This document shows, piece by piece, positions 1 through 10,113 of a stretch of 64,000 nt of DNA. Position 1 is the first letter of the stretch. The number at the start of each line of letters is the position of its first letter. The notes under the pieces are model-generated. The model was not told where the DNA came from and ran no database searches. It saw only the letters and a list, made by a program, of their open reading frames with translations. A program made the translations under genes and the position numbers. Source of the DNA: PVC group bacterium (GTDB taxonomy: Bacteria; Omnitrophota; Gorgyraeia; B26-G9); NCBI GenBank assembly GCA_024231215.1, contig JAAEQR010000142.1:292593-356592 (forward strand), given 5' to 3'.

Positions 1-131
1 TTAGCCATGGTTGACTTACCACAACCAGACTCTCCCACCAAACCTAACGTTTTACCTGCTTCTACAGATAAAGATACTCCGTCCACCGCCCGAATATACT
101 TTCGACCAGACGAAAAAACACCTTGCTGCAT
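1..131 (-). CDS. ABC transporter ATP-binding protein, OppF/DppF-like; N-terminal fragment, gene continues beyond window start
   Basis: Reverse-strand translation gives [43 protein letters not shown] with a Walker A motif (GESGCGKS). ATG at 129-131. Lies downstream of the OppD-like gene in the same operon. Confidence 0.7.
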   Translation of the reverse strand, partial: MQQGVFSSGRKYIRAVDGVSLSVEAGKTLGLVGESGCGKSTMA

Positions 132-154
132 CTGGTAATCCTTGACAATATTAT

Positions 155-1129
155 CTACTTTGAGTAAAGCCAACAACGAACCTCCTGCCCAGATTCCATT
201 TTAAATATCGAAGGCATTTCCTTTTTACACTTCTCAAATACTTGGGAACATCTCGGATGAAAACGACACCCTTGAGGAAAATTATCTGCTTTCGGAACCT
301 CTCCGGCTATAGCATTTAATTTTCTATTCTGTCCTGACTGTCTTTCCGGCAAACAATCAAATAATCCTTTAGTATATGGATGCTGCGGCTGCTTAATCAG
401 TTTTTTTGCATCTGTAAACTCAACAATCTGCCCAGCATACATTACTGCAATATAATCTGCCAATTCCCCAATCACATTCAAATCATGACTGATAAAAAGT
501 ATGGACAGATTATATTCTGTTTTTAGCTCATTCAAAAGATCCAGTATTTGCGCCTGAATAGTAACATCCAACGCAGTTGTCGGCTCATCTGCCACAATTA
601 GTTTCGGCTTAGAAACCATCGCCATCGCAATCATCACCCGTTGTTTTTCTCCGCCGGAAAGCTGGTGCGGAAAAAAATTAATTTTTTCTTCCGCCAGCTT
701 AATCCCTACTTTCTGTAGCTGCTGAATAATAAATTCCTCTTCTTTGCTGTTCTCAATATCCTTTCGATGCAACCACACTATTTCAGATATTTGCTCTTTG
801 ATACTAAGTACCGGATTAAGCGAAGTTGACGGCTCTTGAAAAATATAAGCAATATCACGCCCTCGCAAATCCCTCAAGTCTTCCTCCCTCATATCCACTA
901 GATTACTGCCATTAAAGATTATCTCTCCTGAGACAATCTCACAATCACGCGTTGGCAAAAGCCTGGTAATAGAAAGTGCAGTCATTGTTTTCCCACAACC
1001 AGATTCTCCGACTAGACCAAGAACAGAATTTTTTTTAATAAAAATTGACACATCGTCCACCGCCGGAATTACCTTGTCTTCATATTGGAAATATGTCTTT
1101 AAATTTTTTATCTCCAGCAATTTATCCAT
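155..1129 (-). CDS. oligopeptide/dipeptide ABC transporter ATP-binding protein (OppD/DppD-like)
   Basis: Walker [12 protein letters not shown] signature LSGGEKQR, Walker [10 protein letters not shown], and the C-terminal oligopeptide-type extension with Cys residues. Confidence 0.9.
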   Translation of the reverse strand: MDKLLEIKNLKTYFQYEDKVIPAVDDVSIFIKKNSVLGLVGESGCGKTMTALSITRLLPTRDCEIVSGEIIFNGSNLVDMREEDLRDLRGRDIAYIFQEPSTSLNPVLSIKEQISEIVWLHRKDIENSKEEEFIIQQLQKVGIKLAEEKINFFPHQLSGGEKQRVMIAMAMVSKPKLIVADEPTTALDVTIQAQILDLLNELKTEYNLSILFISHDLNVIGELADYIAVMYAGQIVEFTDAKKLIKQPQHPYTKGLFDCLPERQSGQNRKLNAIAGEVPKADNFPQGCRFHPRCSQVFEKCKKEMPSIFKMESGQEVRCWLYSK

Positions 1130-1134
1130 TTTCT

Positions 1135-1947
1135 CTACTTCCTCGCCATCAATGTATCCCGAAGCCCCTCTCCCAGAAGGTTATAGCCTAATACTGTAAT
1201 AAATATAGCTACCCCGGGAAATACCGTCATCCACCAGGCTATCCCTAAAGTAAATTTTGCATCCATAAGGATATTACCCCAGCTGGCTGTCGGCGGCTGT
1301 ACTCCTAGTCCTAAAAAACTCAACCCCGACTCCAGTAAAATCGCAGCCGCCACACCTAGAGTTGCATTAACAATAATCGGACCTATGGCATTCGGAATAA
1401 GATGCCGCATGATTATTACCACATCTGATACCCCACAAGCCTTAGCCGCTAAAACAAAATCTCTTTGCTTTAAACTTAAAATTTCCGCACGTAAAAGCCG
1501 GGCAATACCCATCCAGCTTGTAACTCCGATTACAACCATAATAATATAAATACTCGGCTCAAACAAAGCAACTAAGGCCAGAATAAGAAACAGTTTTGGA
1601 AAGCACAGCATAATATCTACAAAACGCATAATCACCGCATCTGTTATTCCGCCATAATACCCGGCAATAGCCCCGAAAAACATCCCAATAATCACAGCTA
1701 GTCCTACTGAGATAAAGCCAACACTCAAAGAAATTCGTGCCCCATAAACCATACGGCTAAATAAATCTCTTCCTAGCTGATCTGTACCCAGCAGATGATC
1801 GGCTGAAGGAGGCAAAAGATATTGACCGATATCAATATCATCCGGACTATAGCGGCAGAAAAAAGGCGCAAGTATAGCCAGAATAACCATGGCTATAATA
1901 ATCACTGATCCGGAGACCGCAAGTTTATGTTTTAAAATTTTCTTCAT
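1135..1947 (-). CDS. ABC transporter permease (OppC/DppC-like)
   Basis: Polytopic membrane protein with an N-terminal TM helix and a binding-protein-dependent permease fold. Overlaps the next permease gene by 4 nt. Confidence 0.85.
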   Translation of the reverse strand: MKKILKHKLAVSGSVIIIAMVILAILAPFFCRYSPDDIDIGQYLLPPSADHLLGTDQLGRDLFSRMVYGARISLSVGFISVGLAVIIGMFFGAIAGYYGGITDAVIMRFVDIMLCFPKLFLILALVALFEPSIYIIMVVIGVTSWMGIARLLRAEILSLKQRDFVLAAKACGVSDVVIIMRHLIPNAIGPIIVNATLGVAAAILLESGLSFLGLGVQPPTASWGNILMDAKFTLGIAWWMTVFPGVAIFITVLGYNLLGEGLRDTLMARK

Positions 1948-2933
1948 GACTCCTGCTTTTCATCTGAATACCGAATACGCGGATCAGCCGCGCAATAAGC
2001 TAAATCAGCCAATAAATTTCCCAATAAAGTTAAAAAAGCACCGATAACCAATACACCCATAATCACCGGATAATCACGAGACATTACCCCGTCATAAAAT
2101 AATTTACCCATCCCGGGAATCGCAAAAATCGATTCAAAAATCACACTACCTCCAATAAGCCCGGGAACAGATAATCCTAAAATAGTAATCACCGGTAACA
2201 ATGCATTTTTTAAGGCGTGTCGAAAATAAATACGGTTCTGATTCAACCCCTTTGCCTTTGCTGTACGAATATAGTCCTGACGTAAAACATGCAGCATATT
2301 GGTACGCATATAGCGTGATAATCCGGCAAGCCCGGTAAACGCGGAAATACAAACCGGCAAACATAAATGACGCGCATAATCAGCCAGTTTACCCCAGAAT
2401 GTATAATATTCAAACTGCAAAGACCTCATTCCGGAAACAGGCAGCCAATGCAAAGTTACCCCAAAAAATTTCATTAATAATAATGCCAGCCAAAAAGTAG
2501 GCATAGCAAATCCAACAAAAACAAATACTGTCATCGCACGATCATAAAAACTTCCCTCTTTTACCGCACTAAAAACTCCGATAGGTACAGCCATAAGAAA
2601 AATAAGCCCTAGCGAAAGGATGTTGATCGTAACCGTAATCGGAATTCTCTCCATAATTTTCTCTGTTACCGGCCGTTCATCGATAAAAGAGCGGCCGAAA
2701 TCAAACCTTGCCATACGTTTGAGCCACTCCCCGTATTGCACAAGCACCGGCTTATCCAGACCGTAAAGTTTTTCTAAACGTTCTCTGACTTCAAGACTTA
2801 CTTTTTGATTAAATTGGAATTGAACATCTGTAGGTTTACCCGGAGAAAGGTGGATGACAAGAAATGAAATCAGACTTATACCGATTAAAAGTGGTATAAG
2901 CATTATCAATCGTCTTGTAATATAGGTAAGCAT
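1944..2933 (-). CDS. ABC transporter permease (OppB/DppB-like)
   Basis: 329 aa, about 6 TM segments, typical OppB family layout. First gene of the ABC operon. Confidence 0.85.
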   Translation of the reverse strand: MLTYITRRLIMLIPLLIGISLISFLVIHLSPGKPTDVQFQFNQKVSLEVRERLEKLYGLDKPVLVQYGEWLKRMARFDFGRSFIDERPVTEKIMERIPITVTINILSLGLIFLMAVPIGVFSAVKEGSFYDRAMTVFVFVGFAMPTFWLALLLMKFFGVTLHWLPVSGMRSLQFEYYTFWGKLADYARHLCLPVCISAFTGLAGLSRYMRTNMLHVLRQDYIRTAKAKGLNQNRIYFRHALKNALLPVITILGLSVPGLIGGSVIFESIFAIPGMGKLFYDGVMSRDYPVIMGVLVIGAFLTLLGNLLADLAYCAADPRIRYSDEKQES

Positions 2934-2942
2934 TTAACAAAT

Positions 2943-3914
2943 TTAGTTGTTGTCCTTTTTGCCCTGGCGAAATAAATCCAAGAATCTATCTTCGTAATCT
3001 TTGTAGATATTCCACTTATCAAGTTCTTTCTTTAAATCTTCAGCTTTGGAAAGATCCCCTTCTGCAACCTGGAACAACTTTTCTATTTTATTTTTTGCTG
3101 ATTCCGGCAAATGGGTAATCGCTGCAAGCGTCTTTTTAATATCTTCTACTTCTTCCTCACTAATCGGACCGGGAACAACTCCGGACTTAAAATAATCTAT
3201 CAATTTTTCTATCTCTTCTTCAACTATTTTTATCCGTTCATTTAAAGGCTTAAGATCAAGTTTTAACCCCATCATCCTGGAAAAAACCGATAAGCAGGCT
3301 TTTGTAGCCCGAGGATTTTCGATTTGAATAGCATAAAGCGGAATTTCAGCTAAAAAACAAGCACCTTGCATATCACGTTCCTTAGCCACACTCAAAAGCA
3401 GTCCATTTAACCCACTAATCTGTCCGACATGAAGCTTTTTTATATCTAATTTTGACAAATACTTTATCATCTCTTTACTTGTTGCAGTCATCCAGACTTT
3501 CGACTCCTGGGTATGATCAATCGGCATAGGCATTGAAGCAAATGTGAATATCTTATTCACTTTAAATGTAGCAGCCACATCTAAAACAAGTTGTGCGTAA
3601 TTATAACTTTTTTCCAAAGAAGGCTGAGCTTCACAAAGAAAAATAATCAAATCATTCTTCCCTGCTGTATTTTTCCAGTAATAGAACCTGCCGGTTGGCA
3701 ACCGAGGCTTCTCCACCTGACTGTTTACAATCCAAGCCTCATGCGGATGGAAAAATCCCTCCGGGCTCAAACGCGCAAACTCCTTAGGCTTAAGCTTTTC
3801 ACAAAGATATTCCACGGCTTTAGAAGCTACGTTTCCCATACCCGGCCAAGCGGCAATAAGATACGGCTTTTTTAATTTCGGACGGGAAATATATGATATA
3901 TGTTTGTTCTTCAT
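2943..3914 (-). CDS. PAC2-family protein (proteasome-assembly-chaperone-2-like fold)
   Basis: N-terminal motif LIAAWPGMGNVASKAVEYL matches the G-x-PG-x-G-x-V-[GA] signature of the PAC2/COG1938 family. About 320 aa, as is typical for the family. Confidence 0.55.
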   Translation of the reverse strand: MKNKHISYISRPKLKKPYLIAAWPGMGNVASKAVEYLCEKLKPKEFARLSPEGFFHPHEAWIVNSQVEKPRLPTGRFYYWKNTAGKNDLIIFLCEAQPSLEKSYNYAQLVLDVAATFKVNKIFTFASMPMPIDHTQESKVWMTATSKEMIKYLSKLDIKKLHVGQISGLNGLLLSVAKERDMQGACFLAEIPLYAIQIENPRATKACLSVFSRMMGLKLDLKPLNERIKIVEEEIEKLIDYFKSGVVPGPISEEEVEDIKKTLAAITHLPESAKNKIEKLFQVAEGDLSKAEDLKKELDKWNIYKDYEDRFLDLFRQGKKDNN

Positions 3915-4187
3915 AGTTATATAAAATACTACAAACCAACTCCTTCGTCAATTTTTATTTAAAAATAGACTCAGTCGTTCCGCTAGGGGGACTCGTCCCC
4001 CTTCGGCGCTCGTTTCTCTCGCTGAGCACCCCAAAAAACATGGGGGACTATCTCCCCCATTCCCCCTTAGACATTTGTCAATTTATAATATAGACAAATG
4101 TCTAGCTCTTCATCAATTTTTATTTGAAAATAGACTCAGTCGTTCCGCTAGGGGGACTATCTCCCATTAATTTTTATTTTTATGGGG

Positions 4188-4215
4188 TTTGAAAAAAAAT
4201 TAATTGTGGTATAAT
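4188..4215 (+). promoter_or_regulatory. sigma-70-type promoter for the helicase gene: TTTGAA/TTGAAA -35 and an extended -10 TGgTATAAT
   Basis: tgtggTATAAT at 4205-4215 is a perfect extended -10, with a TTGAAA-like -35 15-16 bp upstream and the ATG about 70 nt downstream. Confidence 0.5.
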
Positions 4216-4283
4216 ATTAAAAAATGATAATATTAACGATTGCAATTAGTGTCATAACCCGCTGAATTCATTGAAGTAAAAAC

Positions 4284-6428
4284 ATGGATACCCTGAAAGT
4301 TTTTAAGTCCCTGCCAGAAGAAATACAAGAAGTCCTGAAAGCAAGCGGCATTGATAATCTCTATCCGCCTCAGGCCGAAGCCGTAACCAACGGCTTACTT
4401 GAAGATAAAAACATAGTTCTCTCCATGCCTACAGCTGCAGGAAAAACTCTTCTGGCTGAACTAGTCATGCTAAAAACTCTTTTAGATAAAAAAGGTAACT
4501 GCCTATACATTGTTCCCTTAAGAGCTCTGGCTTCTGAAAAATTTGAGGATTTTAGAAAGAAATTTGCTTCTTTAGGAATAAAAGTAGGAATCGCTACCGG
4601 GGATTTTGATCGCGTAGATCCCTATCTAACCAAAAACGATATCCTGATCGCCACTGCAGAAAAAGTCGATTCTCTCTTGCGTCAAAAACCAGATTGGCTT
4701 TGTTCCCGCCTGGCTTGTGTGGTTATCGATGAAATCCATTATATCGGAGATCCTAAACGCGGACCAACCCTGGAAACCGTAATTACCAGGCTTCTAAATA
4801 TGAATCCTGATTTGAAACTTGTGGGGTTAAGTGCAACCATTGCCAATGCCAATGATATTTCCGGCTGGCTGAATGCTTCCCTGGTCTCCAGCATCTGGCG
4901 GCCGGTAAGCTTAAAAGAAGGTGTCTACTGCGAGGGAGAAATCACCTTTGCCGATGGCTCCAGAAAACAGATTGATTTCGAACATACCTCCGATGATGTC
5001 GCAGCTTTGGCTATTGATTGCATTAAAGATACAGGCCAAGTACTTGTCTTTGTTACTACCCGGAGATCAGCACAAGCTGAAGCACGCCGGATTTCCAAAG
5101 AAGTACAACATATCTTAACTACTAAAGAAAAAACAAAACTCAATGATCTGGCAAAAGAAATAGAAACATCAGCTGGAGAAACAACCAAAGTCAGTAAACA
5201 ACTCGGAGAATATCTGAAAAACGGTGTAGTCTTTCATCATGCGGGATTACATTACTCACACCGCAAAATTATCGAAGATTCATTCCGGCAAAATCTGATT
5301 AAGGTCATCTGTGCTACACCAACTTTAGCTGTAGGCGTAAATCTCCCTTCCCGACGTACAATAATTCGGGGACTTTACCGCTATGTATCAGGAGTAGGCA
5401 TGCGTCCGGTAAGGGTTATGGAATATAAACAAATGAGCGGAAGAGCCGGACGACCGGGATACGATAAATTCGGAGAGTCAGTCCTGTTTGCACGTAATAA
5501 ATCCGAACAACAGGACCTATTCAGTGATTTCATCTTTGCCGATTCTGAGCCGATACATTCACATTTGGGGAATGAAAGTGCTTTGCGCGTACACCTTTTA
5601 GCATCTATTGTCACCGGATTTATCACCAGTGAAGAAAGTGCTTTTGAATTTATAAAAAAAACATTCTTTTCTTATCAGGAAAAATACTATGATCTCTCTG
5701 ATATGATTCTAGAAATTCTTGAATTTCTAGAAAGCGAAGACATGATCCAGAAAAAAGCCAGCCAATTATTACCGACAGCTTTTGGCACCAGAATCAGTCG
5801 TTTATACATTGATCCGATAAGCGCGGTTATTTTAAGAGATTGCCTTAAAGATGCTCCTACGGCCCTACACCCGACAACGCTGCTCTATCTTATCTGTTCA
5901 ATTCCGGATATGTGTAAATTAGCTTTAAAAAAACAAGATATCGAAAAATTAGTGCCCTTTGCCGATAAACACGCAGACCTATTTGAACTCCCCCTGCCTC
6001 TGGATGACGATTACAGTTCTCAGCTGGCTAAAATCAAAACTGTCCTACTGCTCATGCAATGGATGGAAGAAGTCAAAGAAGATACCATCTGCACCTCATT
6101 TGGTATCGGGCCCGGCGATGTACATCGCTTTGTTGAAACAGCAGAATGGTTATTCTATGCAACCATAGAACTTTCAAAGCTATTTAAAACCCCAACCATT
6201 GAAAAATTGCATAATATACGCACCCAACTGCGCTACGGCATAAAATCAGAACTAATGGATCTGGTCAGATTAAAAGGAATTGGAAGAACACGTGCCCGCA
6301 ACTTATTCTCCGCAGGCTTTAAAAATATGCAAAAACTGCAAACAGCTCCTCTGCAAAAGCTACAGAAAGTACCAACTATCGGAAAAGAAATCGCCGCAAA
6401 CATCAAAAAACAGGCTGTTGCGCTTTAG
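4284..6428 (+). CDS. Hel308/Ski2-like superfamily-2 DExH helicase
   Basis: Motif I MPTAAGKT, motif II DEIH, motif VI QMSGRAGRPG, a long C-terminal winged-helix/ratchet region and a terminal helix-hairpin-helix (LVRLKGIGRTRARNLF). The 714-aa length matches archaeal Hel308. Confidence 0.8.
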   Translation: MDTLKVFKSLPEEIQEVLKASGIDNLYPPQAEAVTNGLLEDKNIVLSMPTAAGKTLLAELVMLKTLLDKKGNCLYIVPLRALASEKFEDFRKKFASLGIKVGIATGDFDRVDPYLTKNDILIATAEKVDSLLRQKPDWLCSRLACVVIDEIHYIGDPKRGPTLETVITRLLNMNPDLKLVGLSATIANANDISGWLNASLVSSIWRPVSLKEGVYCEGEITFADGSRKQIDFEHTSDDVAALAIDCIKDTGQVLVFVTTRRSAQAEARRISKEVQHILTTKEKTKLNDLAKEIETSAGETTKVSKQLGEYLKNGVVFHHAGLHYSHRKIIEDSFRQNLIKVICATPTLAVGVNLPSRRTIIRGLYRYVSGVGMRPVRVMEYKQMSGRAGRPGYDKFGESVLFARNKSEQQDLFSDFIFADSEPIHSHLGNESALRVHLLASIVTGFITSEESAFEFIKKTFFSYQEKYYDLSDMILEILEFLESEDMIQKKASQLLPTAFGTRISRLYIDPISAVILRDCLKDAPTALHPTTLLYLICSIPDMCKLALKKQDIEKLVPFADKHADLFELPLPLDDDYSSQLAKIKTVLLLMQWMEEVKEDTICTSFGIGPGDVHRFVETAEWLFYATIELSKLFKTPTIEKLHNIRTQLRYGIKSELMDLVRLKGIGRTRARNLFSAGFKNMQKLQTAPLQKLQKVPTIGKEIAANIKKQAVAL

Positions 6429-6455
6429 AATACATTATGTTATAGTGTTACTACC

Positions 6456-7295
6456 ATGGCAAAGAAAAAAGACAAAAATTCAGATTGGCTTGTAAAAGCA
6501 TATAACAACAGCGAATTCCTCAATAGTCCACCCGCGCGAATCATCAGGATTCTATCCGAAGTAATTGAGCCGGAAACCCGCTTTCGTAAACATAAAGTTA
6601 GAAACACAGTTGTGTTTTTCGGTTCTGCCCGGACTTTATCTAAATCAGATGCTTTAAAAAATCTTAAAAAAATACAAAAAGAAATAAAAACAAAAAAATC
6701 ACCTTCCCGATCTTTAAAACAAAAACTGGCACAGGCAGAACGGGATCTGAGCATGGCCCGTTATTATGAAGACGCCGCAATAATTTCAGAAAAACTAACC
6801 CGATGGTTTAAAAAAATAAAAAACGATAAAAAACAATTTATAATCTGCTCCGGCGGCGGCCCGGGAATAATGGAAGCTGCAAATCGGGGGGCTAAAAAAG
6901 CTAACGGTAAATCTGTAGGATTGAACATCAGCCTTCCAATGGAACAAAATCCTAACATATTTCAGGATAAAGAGTTAGCTTTTGAATTCCACTACTTCTT
7001 TATCCGTAAATTCTGGTTCTTTTACCTGGCAAAGTCTCTGGTGGTATTCCCCGGAGGATTCGGTACTATGGATGAATTTTTCGAACTGCTAACTCTCATC
7101 CAAACCGAAAAATCAAAAAAATATATGCCGGTAGTACTTTATGGCTCAGAATACTGGAATAAAGTTGTAAATTTCGACGAAATGGTTAAGTGGGGCATGA
7201 TTTCCAAGTCAGATTTAAAATTATTTAAAACCGTGGATGACCCGGAAAGCGCGTTCAAATACCTCAAAGCAAAGCTAACCAAACACTATCTATAA
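6456..7295 (+). CDS. LOG-family protein (TIGR00730-type Rossmann-fold nucleotide-binding protein; putative nucleotide 5'-monophosphate nucleosidase)
   Basis: Conserved GGGPGIMEA and PGGFGTMDEFFE motifs of the LOG / lysine-decarboxylase-like family. Lies 28 bp downstream of the helicase on the same strand. Confidence 0.85.
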   Translation: MAKKKDKNSDWLVKAYNNSEFLNSPPARIIRILSEVIEPETRFRKHKVRNTVVFFGSARTLSKSDALKNLKKIQKEIKTKKSPSRSLKQKLAQAERDLSMARYYEDAAIISEKLTRWFKKIKNDKKQFIICSGGGPGIMEAANRGAKKANGKSVGLNISLPMEQNPNIFQDKELAFEFHYFFIRKFWFFYLAKSLVVFPGGFGTMDEFFELLTLIQTEKSKKYMPVVLYGSEYWNKVVNFDEMVKWGMISKSDLKLFKTVDDPESAFKYLKAKLTKHYL

Positions 7296-7302
7296 TATCC
7301 CC

Positions 7303-7494
7303 TTACTTTTTGCTTTTAGCTATAACTGCCAGAATAATGAATCCAATAATAGCACCAGCTGGCAACCCCAGGATAGGACCGAATGTATTCCTAATCCCTA
7401 TTTTTGGAAATAAATACATACCGGCAATAGATAGCCCCACACCGAGTAGAACAGGAAAAATATGTGTCCACTTAGGTAAATCTTCCAGCTTCAT
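7303..7494 (-). CDS. small hypothetical membrane protein (2 TM)
   Basis: 63-aa hydrophobic ORF convergent with the LOG gene. No recognisable family. Confidence 0.3.
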   Translation of the reverse strand: MKLEDLPKWTHIFPVLLGVGLSIAGMYLFPKIGIRNTFGPILGLPAGAIIGFIILAVIAKSKK

Positions 7495-7604
7495 TCTATT
7501 CCCCCCTTACCTTCTTATTTTATTTATTTTCGGGACAATCTTCTCATCGTAATAATCTTCCCAGTATTTAAGAAAAACCTTAACACTTCCGGATATTAAT
7601 CTTT

Positions 7605-8669
7605 TTATCTTGTCTCTGCCAGCTCAAAATCCTGTAAAAAAGTATTTACAAACTTACCCAACTGTACAACAAATTTATTATTATCTTTAGTGAATTTATG
7701 ATCTTTTTCTTCTGTGCTCAGATTTAAAACCCCAAAAACCTTGTCTCCTCTTTTCAAAGGAACAATTAAAGAAGCTCTAAGTTTAGGCTGATGCAATCGG
7801 GAAGATAATCGATCCGAAACAGAATGATTATCAACAAACAAAACTTTATCTTTCTGGGCAGCCCAACCTGCAAGTCCTTGCCCTAAAATAAGTCTTGTGC
7901 TCTGAATAACATGATCCGGAATACCCGAGGAAATTCGAATGGATAGGGTATCCGTGCCTTCGTCACGCAGCATGATTGAAGCACGTTCTGCACCTAACTG
8001 CTTAGCTGTTGTATCAAAAAAAGCCTGCAATATTTTATTTGCATAAAAGGAAAATGTCTGTCCGTCTAAAGTTATCGGCTTAGACTGACTTGATCCAGCC
8101 ACATATTCTGTCTTTTGCGCCCCGGCTTGAACAAGATAATTTGCCACTTCCTGCATAAGAGAGATCGTAGACTGAATTGATTGAAAAGAAAATATCTTTA
8201 TCTGCTCTACAGCATCAATCACATTAGTAATATCAAGTATCAATTGTTGGGCCAAATTAAAATATTCAAAATATGTGCGCCGTCTTCCCAAAATCAACGG
8301 TCCAATCACAATATATGCACAGATATCTTTCGAGGATAACCGAATAGGAACAATAACCCGATGGGCAAAAAACGGACAGCAATCATAATAAACATTATTA
8401 GGGTTGTCTAAAAAGTTCTCTTTGGCAACTAGCAAAGGATCTTTAGAACATATTTCAGGAGAGAATAATAAGCATTGCTTACAAACATCTAAAGCGCAAG
8501 AAGAAGAGGAAATAACCTCAAAACAATATCGATGAGGCTGGCTTAAAGAGGTTAGCGGCGTACCCCGGGGATCCACCACCCGTATCGTCGCTCCAATAAC
8601 TCCAGCAAAATAATTTTGAATTACCTGCCATTTTTTAAGATCAATTAATTCCAGAAAAGTAGAATCCAT
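7605..8669 (-). CDS. regulatory protein with an N-terminal PocR-like sensory domain and a C-terminal GAF domain
   Basis: The N-terminal half resembles PocR ligand-binding domains. The C-terminal half has a GAF-like pattern (ERASIMLRDEGTDTL...LGQGLAGWAA...ASLIVPLKRGDKVFGVLNLS). The start abuts the stop of the response-regulator gene. Confidence 0.55.
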   Translation of the reverse strand: MDSTFLELIDLKKWQVIQNYFAGVIGATIRVVDPRGTPLTSLSQPHRYCFEVISSSSCALDVCKQCLLFSPEICSKDPLLVAKENFLDNPNNVYYDCCPFFAHRVIVPIRLSSKDICAYIVIGPLILGRRRTYFEYFNLAQQLILDITNVIDAVEQIKIFSFQSIQSTISLMQEVANYLVQAGAQKTEYVAGSSQSKPITLDGQTFSFYANKILQAFFDTTAKQLGAERASIMLRDEGTDTLSIRISSGIPDHVIQSTRLILGQGLAGWAAQKDKVLFVDNHSVSDRLSSRLHQPKLRASLIVPLKRGDKVFGVLNLSTEEKDHKFTKDNNKFVVQLGKFVNTFLQDFELAETR

Positions 8670-10111
8670 TACACCGTAATATCTTCTGATACAAGATTGA
8701 TGTTACCTACCCTTCCATTTCCCCGTTTAATACCATAAAGTCTCATTTTATTATACAATGTTGTCCGATTAATATCTAAATAAGCGGCTGCTTTAGTACA
8801 ATTCCAGTTAGAATATGTCAGGGCATTCAGAACAATATCTTTTTCCGGCATCCTTAACGCAGTTTTTAAAGAAAAGCCATGTATATCCGCCGAAAGAACC
8901 TCTGTTTTCTGAACAGCTTTACGTATGGAATCCGGCAGATCCCTTAAATTTAAAACACTGCCTTTAACCAAGATACAAGCGCGTTCAATCGTATTTTCCA
9001 ATTCCCGGATATTTCCCGGCCAGGAATATTCCATCATAGCCTGTAAAGCATCTTCATTAACTCTCTCAATTACCCGGCCGTTCTTTGTCTGTTTTCTACC
9101 CGTATTATATTTATCTAAGAAGTGATTAATAAGTAACGGTATATCTTCTGCGCGCTCGCGCAAAGGCGGAATTTCTATCTTTATAACATTCAGCCGCCAG
9201 TATAAGTCTTCACGAAAACTCTTTTTCTTAACCAAATCCTCTAGATTTTGATTAGTCGCCGCAATAATCCTCACATCCGCGGTACGTGTTTTCATGTCCC
9301 CCACGCGTTCATAATTACCCTCTTCTAATATCCGTAATAATTTTACCTGCAAACTAGGTGAACAGGTATCAATTTCATCTAAAAGAAAAGTCCCGCCATT
9401 AGCTAATTCAAATCTTCCGGCTCTATCCTTTATCGCTCCGGTAAAAGAGCCTTTGACATGTCCAAAAAGTTCGCTCTCAAGCAGAGTCTCAGGTAAAGCC
9501 CCACAACTAACTTCAATAAACGACTTCTCACAGCGATAATTATCAGCCTGACGAATTGCCTGGGCAATCATCCTCTTGCCTGTCCCGCTCTCTCCTGAAA
9601 TAAGTACTGTAGTCGGAGAATCGGAAATTGCCTCGATCATCGAATAGATCTTCTGCATACTTTCATTGCCGCCGATAATGTTATGGAATTTTTTTCTTCC
9701 TGCTGTAATCAGCGATTCCGCCTGTTCTGAACAGACTTCCGCGGTTTCCTGATGCTTAATAATTTTCTCTACCAAAGATTTAAGCTGATTATCTTCAATC
9801 GGCTTGGTCATGTAATCAAAAGCACCCATACGCATTGCTTTTACTGCTGTTTCAATATTGCCGTAAGCACTCATAAGCACTACATATGTTTGGGGATAAT
9901 TTTCTTTTATGGTTTTTAATAGCTCCTCACCTTCACAAGTAGAGCTGTCAATATCTGCAAAGATAATGTCTACGGAATACTTATCCATGAGTTGAAGTAT
10001 CTGCGCTCCATTTTCAGCCGTGGTAACATTATACCCCTTGTATCTTAAAATTTCTTGAAGAGATCTCCTCGTTAATGGTTCTTGATCAGCAACTAATATG
10101 TGTGTCCTCAT
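8669..10111 (-). CDS. sigma-54-dependent two-component response regulator (NtrC family; PrsR-like by context)
   Basis: REC domain (ILVADQEP...D), AAA+ sigma-54 activator domain (GESGTGK, GSFTGA variant of GAFTGA, ELFGH) and a C-terminal Fis-type HTH. Likely start is the ATG at 10109-10111, preceded by GGAGG; the longer ORF in the track begins with TTG. Confidence 0.9.
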   Translation of the reverse strand: MRTHILVADQEPLTRRSLQEILRYKGYNVTTAENGAQILQLMDKYSVDIIFADIDSSTCEGEELLKTIKENYPQTYVVLMSAYGNIETAVKAMRMGAFDYMTKPIEDNQLKSLVEKIIKHQETAEVCSEQAESLITAGRKKFHNIIGGNESMQKIYSMIEAISDSPTTVLISGESGTGKRMIAQAIRQADNYRCEKSFIEVSCGALPETLLESELFGHVKGSFTGAIKDRAGRFELANGGTFLLDEIDTCSPSLQVKLLRILEEGNYERVGDMKTRTADVRIIAATNQNLEDLVKKKSFREDLYWRLNVIKIEIPPLRERAEDIPLLINHFLDKYNTGRKQTKNGRVIERVNEDALQAMMEYSWPGNIRELENTIERACILVKGSVLNLRDLPDSIRKAVQKTEVLSADIHGFSLKTALRMPEKDIVLNALTYSNWNCTKAAAYLDINRTTLYNKMRLYGIKRGNGRVGNINLVSEDITV

Positions 10112-10113
10112 CT

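Noticed and set aside
3948-4158. Possible CRISPR array or CRISPR-like repeats in the PAC2-helicase intergenic region
   Set aside because: Only two copies of the 46-bp unit, unequal spacing, no cas genes nearby. The hairpin-containing units look more like regulatory palindromes or REP-like elements.
2943-6428. Hachiman-type (HamA-HamB) defence pair, suggested by the Ski2/Hel308-like helicase
   Set aside because: The neighbouring protein has a PAC2-family signature rather than DUF1837, is transcribed divergently rather than as an upstream operon partner, and the helicase has the complete Hel308 domain set including the C-terminal HhH.
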